DNA of 64,000 nt from positions 868,001-932,000 of the forward strand of contig CM074814.1 in assembly GCA_037447605.1 (NCBI GenBank). The letters are read 5' to 3'. Of this stretch, positions 1 to 14,548 are shown in pieces. This stretch comes from Zygnema circumcarinatum SAG 698-1b (Eukaryota > Plantae > Zygnematophyceae). The stretch's first letter is position 1; each line of letters begins with the position of its first letter. Under the pieces are notes generated by a model. It was given only the letters and a program-made list of their open reading frames with translations, searched no databases and was not told the origin of the DNA. Both the position numbers and the translations under genes were made by a program.

Positions 1-2886
<2,886 letters not shown>

Positions 2887-3698
2887 AAACTCATCAATTT
2901 TTATCGTCAATAGCGCCAATAGTCAATAGCTTTCTGACTCTTGTGTACAGCCTTTTTTTGTTCAAATTAGGATTATCAAATCTGGTGATTTCTTTCAAGT
3001 GTGCAACCTGTCATGTCGAATGTGACGTTTTTCCACCACTGTGGATGCCATCCTTGCGAATAACTTTGTCAATTCTGGAGCATTAATTGGATCTTTAAGT
3101 AGTTGGCTGGATACAGCTCACATCTGCAGGACCTCCTGGGGGTGTAACAGTACTTAAGAGCTGAAAGATGCAAACTTCGTGCCCCGCCCGCAGTAGTGCG
3201 TAACAGAAGCAGCAGAAGCAGCAAACCTGTAACGAACATTTTTTGGGATGCGCATTGTTAATGCGTCGAAGAGTCAATATGACAATCTTTCTTTTCGTCA
3301 CAGCTGGAGCTATCTCAGTACTGCCTGGCCTCTTAGCAGCGCTTCTAAAGAACAAAATCAAAAAGTGCACAACGTATGTGGCAAGCTTTCGAGAAGACGC
3401 GAGAAGCGTCGGATGCGAAACATCCCGAAATGCTCTCTTGAAAACCTTGTGACATTCATAACCCTCGTCTTTGCTTGCTTGGCATACAAACATAACTACT
3501 TGCGGAGAAGGTTTCGCTGAAAGAGAATATGTCTACGAGCACTCCGTTACAGAATTGATCCGGGGTCGTAGCTGTCAAAAGGAAAATGGGCCACTGTCCG
3601 CTCATGCTCCTCGGAGTGCGGTTGAAGAAGCAGAGGTTGTAGGGTGCAGAGGTAATGCGCTTGCTTGCATGCTGTCTCCTTTGCAGAACTTCTGTCAA

Positions 3699-4477
3699 TC
3701 AGAGTGCCATCTGTGAGTCTGCTTGAGCCAGAGAATCTATGATCCGGTAGCGTCTGCAATCTTCGATAGGGTTTTTCAAACGCATCATTGGTATTACATG
3801 AAGGTATGATTGAGGTAATTGAGACTGTCTCCTTTGTTTACTGGAAAGGTCCATGAAATTCATAGTGGCAAAACACGATCGAGGAGTGGACCCTCCGTGA
3901 GTGGTTTCCCTCTGATGAATGTTAAGGTCATCCAGAACTGTACCTGTCAATAGATCGAAACTCCTCCTTCTTCATCAGCTCCTCCACCTCTGCGGCGGCA
4001 TAGCTTTTCAAGGCATCTACATCTAATTCATTTGAAGAACAGCGTCCACTTCCGCCTTTCTTTGCTTTGTATGCCTGAATAAGCACGAGGGCTTGACACG
4101 CGTTACTGAAGTTTCAAATAAACAGATTTTCTGATTGAACTAACTACATGGTACCGCTCAACTTGCAGTCCAGAAACGCACCATCAAGAAGAGGGTATCA
4201 GAATCAGAAAAACAAACCTCTCCTCTCTGGAAGGTTTGGCAAAAGCCCGCAGTGCACAAGCATCCGTTTCCTATGTCTCAAGTACTGCAAGACAAAACGA
4301 CGTTACAGCTTGAATATCATTCACCACTTGAGAAAAAGGACTCACGAGATAGGCAGCGTATCCTGCAGCAACAGGAACCATTTCAGTTTTGGGATGTGCC
4401 AAGGGTCCAGCTCTGGGCTGCACGCCATGATATATTTGCTCAAAGCTGTCTCGGGCGGCCGCTATATCAGTTTCCAT
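3699..4477 (-). CDS. Divergent CipC/DUF3759-like small protein (copy A, about 105 aa, no acidic tail)
   Basis: Exons 4477-4346, 4074-3944, 3753-3699, both introns GT-AG. Protein METDIAAARDSFEQIYHG...VAAGYAAYL|AYKAKKGG...LKSYAAAEVEELMKKEEFRSIDR|RYRIIDSLAQADSQMAL. Same intron phases (0, 2) as copies B-D and the same 131-nt exon 2 as copies B and D. Confidence 0.6.
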
Positions 4478-5580
4478 GATGCAGATGCTGCAAAGGAGGC
4501 AGTTGCGGCTAAGAGGGAGGGCAGAAGGAGGAAGTTAAAACGAGGCTGAAAGCCAATTTTGAAGAGGAGAGAGAGAAGATGCAACGCAGAGGTTGAGAGG
4601 GACTCTGAAGCTGCCGGCGGACCCTTGCAAACTCGCGGCTCCATGTTTTGCTGCTTCCCCGTTCGAAACTAAATAGGGGGGTTCAAACTTCGACAAAATC
4701 CATATGGAATTAGACTAAACAAGAAGTAGTACTTTTGATTTCGCCTTTAGGACCCATTTTGCGGGAATGTGGGTGCTGGTTTTGAATTTCAAAAAGCAGT
4801 GCAGATGAGGACATTTGGGACCAGCCAACGAAGGCGAACAAATGCAAAACTGTCAAGGCGACAAGAATACGAACCGGATGGTTTTCAGGGTTTTTTTTGT
4901 ATGCCCGAAATGTGGCCGACTCGAACAGAGAACTTGAGCCCAAAGGACGAAGCTGGGGTCATGCACTCGAGGGAGGGCCACACACCATTTCATTGGACTC
5001 GGATTCTTAAGGTTCGACTGATAATTGCAATTTCAAATTTATTTGCCATTACTGCTACAGCATTGAGCGTTCTTAGTCGAGTTCTAGTTGTTTCTCATGA
5101 CTAAACATTCGACTTCGTTTTTTGCCCAGCTTGAAATTATTCCCTAACATGTTCACACAACCTGCAGAAGCTTTCAAGCACAATGCCATGTGTTCCAAAT
5201 ATGCAGAGGTGCAAGCAGAAGGACACCATCATCTGGGAATCTCAGCATATTTTCCCAGCAGGAAGGCCGTTAGCCAAAGCAAGTACATCAGAAGCTCCAG
5301 ACATCGAGTTTGCACTGAAAAAAAAAAAAAACCCCGAGAAAACGAAAGCCTCCATGCCAAAAATGGCGTGGTGCTTCCTGCTCGGCCTCAGCTCTCTGCC
5401 TTTTCAAAGTCTAGAAACTGGAAATCCCAAGCCACCCACCTGCCAACTACAGCCTAAGTAAATCTCACTCGCTATGCGTAAACATCGCTAAGTACAAACC
5501 CCCCCACTCATATGTACAAGTCTCTGCCATGATTTGAAGCTCCGATCCATTGAAAACACCGTCTGCGCTTGTTTTCTCTT

Positions 5581-6459
5581 TCAGAGAACATACTGCTGCT
5601 CATAGTTGGGAGGATAGTCTGCTGCAGGTCGGGACGCGCTCTGAGGGCGAAACTTGGACTCCTCGCGGTCTGCCGCGTACTGCTCCTCGTGGCCTGCACC
5701 GGCAGAGTGGGGCCTCGAGTAGCCTCCCTCCGTCTCTCCATACTCGGGTTCATCATCTTCTTCATCATCAAATTCTTCTCCCTCCTCCTTCAGCAAGTGG
5801 TATGCTTGCTCCTTAGCATCACGCTTTGCACGCTGCCTGTACAGTAGAAGGCGATAAGAGTATGATGAGGACAAATAAAAGCGTGTGAAAGAAAATATGT
5901 TTGATTGGTTTCAGTCTTCTACGAGCCCTTCACAAAGATCAATACACATGCCGTTTTACTTTCTGCTTAATCACAGACCATAACCTAATCTCTACTCGAT
6001 ACTTCTCAAGTCTGAAAGAGATCTCAACCACGTAGTGACTCTGCGGCTTTCTCTATGCGTAACAGGAGCCAAAATGCCTTTCCTGTCAAGCCAGCCGAGC
6101 CCCTTCGTCTCAGCGATTTTCTCCACTTTTGCAGCCGCCAGTGAAGCCAACATAGACTTTATCTTTTTATGCTTCACGCGTCCTCCTCCCTCCTCGCGTT
6201 CCTTCTGGAAAGCCTGCTTATACAGAAGACGCAATAACAGAAGTCAGTTATCCCGCTGTTACATCTGCCTTCCTCAAATACATCAGCACCTGCCAATATA
6301 GCATATTCCAGCTTTTTGTACCACCTGCATAGCAGCAAATCCAGCTGCAGCTGCGATCATCTCGTGCGTCAGACTTCCCTTCCTCTCCTCTCCACCCGTT
6401 TCATCCTCATTGTAAACATCCGCATAATACTTTTCCGCTTCCGACTTTGAAAACAACAT
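5581..6459 (-). CDS. CipC/DUF3759-like protein with acidic C-terminal tail (copy B)
   Basis: Exons 6459-6325, 6213-6083, 5836-5581. Protein MLFSKSEAEKYYADVYNED...KGSLTHEMIAAAAGFAAMQ|AFQKEREEGGGRVKHKKIKSMLASLAAAKVEKIAETKGLGWLDR|QRAKRDAKEQAYHLLKEEGEEFDDEEDDE. It matches the recalled fungal CipC pattern (HEL.AGAA.F.AMK..E......PV.H...KE.LAG.AGAEVDKL.ETKGLD..DRE.AK..A...A). Keeping the frame requires a GA donor at intron 2. Confidence 0.75.
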
Positions 6460-7609
6460 GGTTGATAGGCGCTGCTAGAGACTAGAAGAGATGCAGAAGA
6501 GAGTGGCAGACACAACAACGGTCGAATGGACTAAGAGAAGAAAGACGAGCTGAAGAAGCAGAAGGATGCAGACAGAGAACACAGAGAAGTAGAAGAAAAG
6601 CAGATAAACTGGTGAGGACAACGAAGTAGCAAAAAAAGAAAAGGAGAAGCAAAAGAAGCAGCAAAGTCGAAAATCTGAAAATCTCTTTCTTTTTCTTCCC
6701 CGCTCCCTCCCTCTACCTCTCCCTCTTTATCTCTTATATCCCTTCCCCCTTTACGTAGTAGCCTGTTCTTCTACGTCTTCCGCGGTCAAAAGAGCTCCCT
6801 GCCCGGAAGTTTAAAGAGCGGCAGCTGGCAGAGATCCGGCACCATGCAGCCCTCCGATAGAGCATCTGACGCCGCAAAGGGCCGCTCCACGTGCGCCGCG
6901 AGGACTGCATGGAGCTTCTCTGTGCTGTTCTTGCTTGTCCTTTTTGGTCATCACTGTCAAAAAAACAGGAAATCTACATGAAAGAGTTTTGCACATGGAT
7001 ACCCTGGCGTTTATTTTGCAAGCGAAGGCTAATAAAACGTCTACTCTTATGTTCGTTTGTTGGTTGCCTTCACGCTGGTTCTTCATATTGGCATTTGTTG
7101 CTATGCATATTTGGTACTTTGACGTCGTGGTCATCGTGAGAGCAATGCAAACTTGTCATATTTTGTACGATTTGAGGTAGTTTTACGAGGATTACAATGA
7201 CTCGTTGATATCTTCAATCATTCCCAAGCACAGACATATCACGATTGGAATAAGAATACAAAACATTCTTGACTGCCACCCCTTCACAAATTTACACGCC
7301 AATGTGGCTAACACACATGTGGGCAAGCAAACAGGTCAGCAAAGGGGTGCTTCCAAAAAACAAATCGCAAAAATGAAGTGTAAAGACCACTTATGGCAGT
7401 AATATGGCGCATACTCTAAATCACCTCTGTTTGCGCTGCTACTGCTTGGACTGCTCAGGAACTGTAAAAGACCATATACTACAGACCATATATGTACATA
7501 CAAAGGCGGCAGTAGGCTCGATATTGTCAAGCCAAAACGAGTTAGCTCACTATCAAACTTTCCGAGGACTTGGGTCATCAGCAAGACCTAATGAGAAACT
7601 AACACCTGC

Positions 7610-8553
7610 TCAGTCGTCAGTGTCATCGTCACCATAAGGAGGTCTCCGATGCAGCCCCCCCACTTCATTTTCTTCGTCTTCATCCCTATAGCCTGAGCCC
7701 TCGTCGTCTTCATCTCTGCGATCCTCTTCCTCCTCCTCCTCTTCATCATCATCATCATCATCATCCATGTCTTCTCCCTCTTCTTTGAGCATCTCAATTG
7801 CCTGTTCATTGGCTTCGCGCTTTGCGCGGTTCCTGAAGTTGCCATGATAAAGCAGAAATCGAATCAATAGAGGTAAGAGCCTAGGAGGTACTCCGCTAAT
7901 GCAAACACTCAGAACGCTATGAGAAGTTAACCCTATTCAGAAAAATTGCAATTCCGGACATCCCTTGTCCATGCGCAATCAATTTTAGCATAAGTAGTTA
8001 TAAACTGATACAGCACTAATTACTCGCTAAGCATTCTCTTGCAGTTCCATGTTCCAAATGTTACGAGAATTTCCTGCCAGCATATCCAGTTTATTATATA
8101 CGCAGCAGTCTGCATCATGATGTGATGAATGCCTTGCCTGTCAAGCCAGTCCAAGCCCTTCGTCTCCGCGAGCTGGTCCACCTTCGCTGCCGCAAGGCCC
8201 GCCAGAAGAGACTTTATTTTCTTATGCTTGACAGGCTCGTCGCCCTCCTCCTCCTTCCGCTTCTGGTACGCCTGCTCATGACAAAGTGGAAAAAAGAAAA
8301 AAAAAAAAAAAAAGGGCCCTTCATACGCATATTATGCTAAAATTCAGTCAGATAAAATCTGCAGCCCAGAATTCGAGAATTCCATCACCTGCATCGCTGC
8401 ATATCCAGCCGCAGCCGCGATGATTTCATGAGTGAGGCTCCCTTTCCTCTTTTCCTGACCCCCTTCATCCTCTCCGTCGCCTTCATCTCCTTCCTCCTCG
8501 TCGTTGTAAAGATCCGAATAATATTCCGCCGCCTCAGACCTTGAAAACAGCAT
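7610..8553 (-). CDS. CipC/DUF3759-like protein with acidic C-terminal tail (copy C)
   Basis: Exons 8553-8389, 8271-8138, 7832-7610. Motifs GSLTHEIIAAAAGYAAMQ|AYQKRKEEEGDEPVKHKKIKSLLAGLAAAKVDQLAETKGLDWLDR|NRAKREANEQA, then poly-D/E. Intron 2 has a GC-AG donor (CAG|GCAAGG). Confidence 0.8.
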
Positions 8554-9316
8554 GGTCCCGCAAACAGACTAAAAAGTAGACACAAATTACAAAAAATACG
8601 CACAGAGCGGAGGTTCAGCCTGCTACGACTTCTGCTTCCTGAAAATATTCTAACCTTCTTTCTCTCCTTTGGAGACCAACAAAAGTGGACCTCCACAGGC
8701 GAAGCCATCACTCCACTGCAGCATTTTGCCAGAATGCAGCCGTTCGATCGGCGGCATCCAGGGAGAACGGACGGCCACGATTGCTTTAGATTACGAGGTG
8801 CTTCTAGAGGCATGCATCGCCATGCCGATCGGCGACACCTGACTTGAGAGGCCCATTGCATGCTTGGTAATATTACCGCCGGCAATATGAGCATAGTCCA
8901 TCAAGCCGGATACCACGCATAATAAAATAATAATAAAAATGATAATTGCCGAGTAATAGGTAGTCCCTAATGGTGGATAGTTATTAGTCTATTCTAGAAT
9001 GCTTGACCCTTAATACGGTAATCAATTGGATTGAAGGGTCGAAGGCTGTATCATACTTTATTGTACCGTACCGTGAACAGGCCCTCAAGAGGGTTCGAAT
9101 TTGCGGCCGAAGTCGGAAAGCAGATGTGTGAGTGAGCATTTCAAGAATTTCAACTTCTCTTCATACGGTAATGTTCGATGTCTCGAACAAACAATTTCGA
9201 CTTCGAGTGTTGTAACTTTCAAACTTAACTAGTGAACAGTGTGAAATTACAGAAAGGGTTTCAGTGCACTCGCTGACTCTGACCCTCCATTCATTATTCG
9301 CTTGCATGGAATTGGG

Positions 9317-9715
9317 TGTAGAACTGGAGCCTTTGTCTCTCTCACTATCATCCATCTCATCTTTGTGGGCCTTCCCTTTCTTAGACATGTTCAACAATCT
9401 CAAGCATCCAAGGAGTAGAACATATATCCGCAAAAGCTTTATTCCAAAACTTAACAAGAGCTCAGCATCCTATGCTTTCCTCAAAGCTCAAGTTAGCAAA
9501 GACACACAAAACACGAGTCTTATATCTGTCCTTCCTAAAACCTCGCCGCCAAAATGCATAACATGATGAACAACACGAACCATACGATCAAAGGTCTTGG
9601 GATTCACACTACTTCCTAAGCACTCAACACGTGTTACTCAGCTCGTACAATTCCGTACACAATATCCGAACAAACATTCCGTACGACTCTATGTACGATT
9701 GTACGGATCTCAACA
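9317..9715 (-). repeat. Copia LTR (3' terminal copy)
   Basis: 399 bp, near-identical to 14126-14524 and 18938-19336; private SNP at 9321. Confidence 0.95.
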
Positions 9716-9739
9716 ATCCCCCTCTGATCCGTGCAATCG

Positions 9740-12700
9740 CTACATCATTCCTATCAGTTGAACACATGTGCGAAGAATTGCTCCAGATACTCCTTTTGTC
9801 ATCATATCTGCCGCCTGTTCGTTCGTCCGTACGAATTCCACTCTGATCTTCTTCTTCTTGACCTGCTCCCTTATAAAGTGATAATAGAGATCAATGTGTT
9901 TTGACCTCTTGTGGTTGACGGGATTCTCTGTGAGTGCAATCGCTGATTTATTGTCGATCAAAATCAAAATTGGATCTTGTGCATATCCACACTCCTGAAA
10001 AAACTTCTAAGCCATATCGCCTCCTTTGCCGCGTGACAAGCTGCCATGTACTCTGACTCAGTACTGGACAACGCAACTGTCTCCTGTAACTTCGAATTCC
10101 ATGTGATACATCCTCCTCCACACATGAACACATATCCTGACGTGGACCTACCAGTATCAATGTCTCCTCCCCAGTCGGCATCTGAATATCCGTACACTTG
10201 AATAGACTCACCAGTGCTGAACGATAGTCCGTACTCTGCCGTCCCCTTCACATAGCGAAAAATTCTCTTCACCGCCTCCCAATGTGCGACTCCAGGATTA
10301 TTCAGAAAACGACTCACATTGTTGACTGCTTTTGCAAGGTCGGGTCTGGTACCTGTGGTGAGGTACATTAGGCTCCCAATGGCCTGTCGATAAGGCACTC
10401 GCTGCATCTCCACCTCTTCTTCTTTGGTCTTAGGGCAATCAGCTGCTGATAGCTTTGCACTGGGATCCATCGGTGAGGAACACGGATGGGCATCCTGCAT
10501 TCGGAACTTCTCCAAGACATCTTTTGCATACTGCTCCTGGGTGAGTAAAATCTTGCCATTCTGCCCCCTCTTAATCTGAACTCCAAGTAAAAAGTTCGCT
10601 TCTCCAATGTCTGACATTTTGAAATTTCGTTGAAGCATCTCCTTCAGTGCTGCAATGCTTGTTGTAGACTTGCTGACAATAATAATGTCGTCTACATAAA
10701 TTCCAATGAAGATCCGTTCCTCTCCTTCTCCTTTGATGTAGACTGAAGGGTCTGTTTTGAATTGCCTGTATCCATTCTTCTGCATTACGTCATCCAACTT
10801 CTTATTCCAGGCTCGAGGTGCTTGCTTAAGTCCATAAATTGTCCGATGTAGCTTGCAGACTTTTCCTGGTACTTTCATCACTCCCTCTGGCATCTCCATG
10901 TAAATCTCCTCAGTTAATTCTCCATTTAAGAAGGCTGTCTTTACATCCATTTGATGAATATGCATCGATTCAGCTACTGCAATAGCCACTAACGATCTCA
11001 AAGAATTGAATTTCACAACTGGAGCAAAAGTCTCCTGGTAATCTATGCCTTCTGTCTGTGAATATCCTTTAGCTACCAGTCTTGCCTTGTACCTTTCAAT
11101 CGATCCATCTGCCTTGCGCTTGATTTTGAAAGTCCACTTGCATCCGATTGCATTTCTCCCACTTGGCAACTCCTCCAACGACCACGTGTCATTTTCCTTT
11201 AAGCTCTGCAACTCATCCTTGATAGCTTGCTTCCATTTCTCTTTATCTGGTCCTTCAATGGCCTCCTGAAATGATTGTGGCTCATCTGGTTTTGCTCGTG
11301 TGCAGGCTGCAACGTAGGCAAAATTATCTGTATCTCTAGGAATCCTTGTGAGCGCATCCAGTGATTCTGCTGCCCTTCGAAAGTTCCTTGGGCGATCATT
11401 TTCTGATGGTGTGAACGCCTCCCGCTCTGCTATGCGTGCACTTCGCCTCAAGGTAGGAATCTCCTCTCTTGACAATTCTTCAGGTGATTCTGATTCTTCC
11501 AACCTTGACTCCAAATCATCTCTTGGTTCAGCATCCCTTTTATGCAAAATTGTGGGGCTTGGGTCTTCCTTAGCGCTCTCCTCATCCTGCACTTCTTCAC
11601 TTAACCCCTCTACACTCCATGAGTCCATGTCATTTCTGGTGACTTCTCCTTTCTCCACGAATTGAACATCCCTGCTGCGCCTGACTGCATTATTCTGAGC
11701 ATCCCAAATCCTGTAGGTCAAACTCTCATGATCATATCCAACCAGCCATCCTGTCCATGCGGTAGGATTCATCTTCCCTCTCCTCTGAGCATGTGGAATA
11801 TTGACAAAGCATTTGGACCCCCACACACGTAAGTGAGAAATTGTGGGCTTGGACCCGGTCCAAAGCTCGTCTGGAACCTTGCCATCATTCAAGGCTGATG
11901 TGGGACATCGATTTCTCACATGAATCGCTGCATTGATGGCCTCTGCCCAAAAACTCAAATGCAGATTGGAACCATGAAGCATTGATCGTGCCATTTCCAC
12001 CAAAGTGCGATTCAATCTTTCTGCTGCACCATTGCTTTCAGGACAGTGAGGTGCAGTAAATTGCCTTTTTATCCCTGCGTCCTTACAATGCTGCATAAAT
12101 GCATTTGAGGTAAACTCTCCTCCATTATCTGTCCTCAAAGCTGCAATTTTCTCCCCTGTTTCTGTCTCCACCACTCGCTGCCAATGCTTAAAGCAATCTA
12201 GCGCTGCAGATTTCCTCTTAAGAAATGCTACCCAACACTTACGGGAATAATCATCCATGAAGGTGATGAAATATTCTGCACCGCTCTTGCTTGCAGGTGA
12301 AATTGGGCCACAAATGTCAGAGTGAACCAGCTCCAACTTCCTCGTTGCTCGGTACTTCCTTTCTCCATGGGTCTTGTGCGGTAGTTTGTGAGACTTGCAC
12401 TTCAAGCAGTCTTCACATGACATCTTGGGACTCCAGTCTCCTCTCATCTCCTCAATTCCAATCACTGAATTCTTCTCTACCATGCTTTTCATTCCCCAGT
12501 AGCTGAGATGTCCTAATCTCTTGTGCCACTTCTCCAGATTCTTCTCCACATCCACTTGATTTGCAGTCACTTGTAGGTATTTGGGTTTCTCCCACTTCAA
12601 GAATGCAGTCTGTCCTTGTCTGAATCCTTCTCCAACTAGATTCCATGTGCTCCTTTCTCTCATCTGAATCCCTCCTATGTCAAATAGTGTCACTACCCCT

Positions 12701-14197
12701 TGATCAAGCATATAGCAGACTGAGTAAAGATTGTGGATCATTTGTGGAGAGTACAGAACATCTGTGAGAACTGTTTCTACATTCCCTTCCTTTGTTTTTA
12801 GAATCAATCTCACTCTTCCACTCTCTGTCACACTGAACCTTTGTCCGCTTGCTGTCTGAACAGTGATAGGCACATTTAGAGTATGTATCTCTTCAAACAT
12901 CTCCTTCTCTGTACAAATATGAGCACTTGCTCCTGAATCTATAATCCAGTCTGATCTCTTGATGGAAAGGTGATTGACTGAAGAGACTCCAAAGCTTGTG
13001 GCATATCCTTCGGTCTGTTCAGTAGTTGCAGAATTTGCGGTACTTCTGCTCATACAATTCCTTGCTGAATGTCCAGGCTGGCCACAGGTATAGCAACTAC
13101 CTCTGAACGTTGTATTTCCTTGGCTGTTGCGATTTTGAGGGCCGCCTCCATATGCTGCAACTCCTCTGCCTCCGCCTGCACGACAGTCTCTTGATGTGTG
13201 GCCGTTTCCGCCACATGTATAGCAGGTGATTTCTGAAAACCTTCCACCGTTGTCAGACGAATTGAATCCTGTTCCTGCTCTTCCTCTGTAGCTGGGAAAG
13301 CTTCCTCCTTGAAAACCTCCACCTCTACCTCTGAATCCACCTCTGCTGTTGTGTCCACCTCTCGGTTCATATCCTCCTCTCGGTTCATATCCTCCTCTGC
13401 TACTCATGTATCCTCCTCTATTTGCATGGCCTCCTCTGCTTGACTGTCCTCCTCCCCGACCTCTATAATTTCCACAAGTCATGGTTGCAAATGCCGTCTC
13501 TTGCCTCCCTTTTCCCTCCTTTCTTATCCTCCTTAGCCTGCAATCATACTCGATAATCCTAGCCTTTACATCCTCTAATGACATCCCTGATTGATGCAAG
13601 AAATTTGTAAGGTTATCGGCCGTCATCTCGTATTTGGAGGACAAACTCTGAAGATACATATAGGCCTGATCGCTTACGATAGACCTTCCGCCAGCCAAGG
13701 TTTTCTTTAACGCCATCAACCGGGACATTGTAATTGTCTGACCCTTCTGCCTCCCATCCCGACATAGACGAAATCTCCGTATAATGCCTTTATCCCTTTG
13801 TGTCAAGTTTTCGCAGAAAGTAAATGTTTTGGAGCTTCGTCCACATTTCTGCTGCAGTTAGTCCTCTAAGTGCTAGTCCGTGAGGGGATTTCATGGAAGA
13901 GAGTATTAAGGCTTTTGCTTTACCGTTTCTTTTCTTCCAACTTGCAAACTCCTTGGGCTCTTTCTCCTTGTCTGGTGTGGCTTCAGTACCATCCACCAAT
14001 TCCATCAACTCCTTTGCTTCCAACACAGCTTCCAGATTTTGGCTCCAAGAAAGGTAGTTCGTCCCATCAAACAAAGTAACTAAGTATTTCCCTATATCAT
14101 CATCTCCTGACGCTCTGATACCACTTGTAAAACTGGAGCCTTTGTCTCTCTCACTATCATCCATCTCATCTTTGTGGGCCTTCCCTTTCTTAGACAT
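9740..14197 (-). pseudogene. Frameshifted copia gag-pol polyprotein (left unit)
   Basis: More than 99% identical by eye to the right unit. It has a 1-nt deletion near 10008 (RNase H) and a multi-indel patch at about 13670-13870 (gag), splitting the ORF into 13790..14266, 9964..13806 and 9740..9967. Confidence 0.9.
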
Positions 14198-14524
14198 GTT
14201 CAACAATCTCAAGCATCCAAGGAGTAGAACATATATCCGCAAAAGCTTTATTCCAAAACTTAACAAGAGCTCAGCATCCTATGCTTTCCTCAAAGCTCAA
14301 GTTAGCAAAGACACACAAAACACGAGTCTTATATCTGTCCTTCCTAAAACCTCGCCGCCAAAATGCATAACATGATGAACAACACGAACCATACGATCAA
14401 AGGTCTTGGGATTCACACTACTTCCTAAGCACTCAACACGTGTTACTCAGCTCGTACAATTCCGTACACAATATCCGAACAAACATTCCGTACGACTCTA
14501 TGTAGGATTGTACGGATCTCAACA
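14126..14524 (-). repeat. Copia LTR (shared central copy)
   Basis: 399 bp. On the minus strand the right unit's PPT precedes it and the left unit's PBS follows it. Private SNP at 14505. Confidence 0.95.
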
Positions 14525-14548
14525 ATCCCCCTCTGATCCGTGCAATCG

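Noticed and set aside
3095-3716. Several overlapping 70-130 aa ORFs between GT92 and CipC-like copy A
   Set aside because: No recognisable motifs or consistent splice structure; likely UTR/intergenic.
9085-9115. GGTTCGAAT, a tRNA T-loop-like motif
   Set aside because: No cloverleaf or acceptor stem can be built around it.
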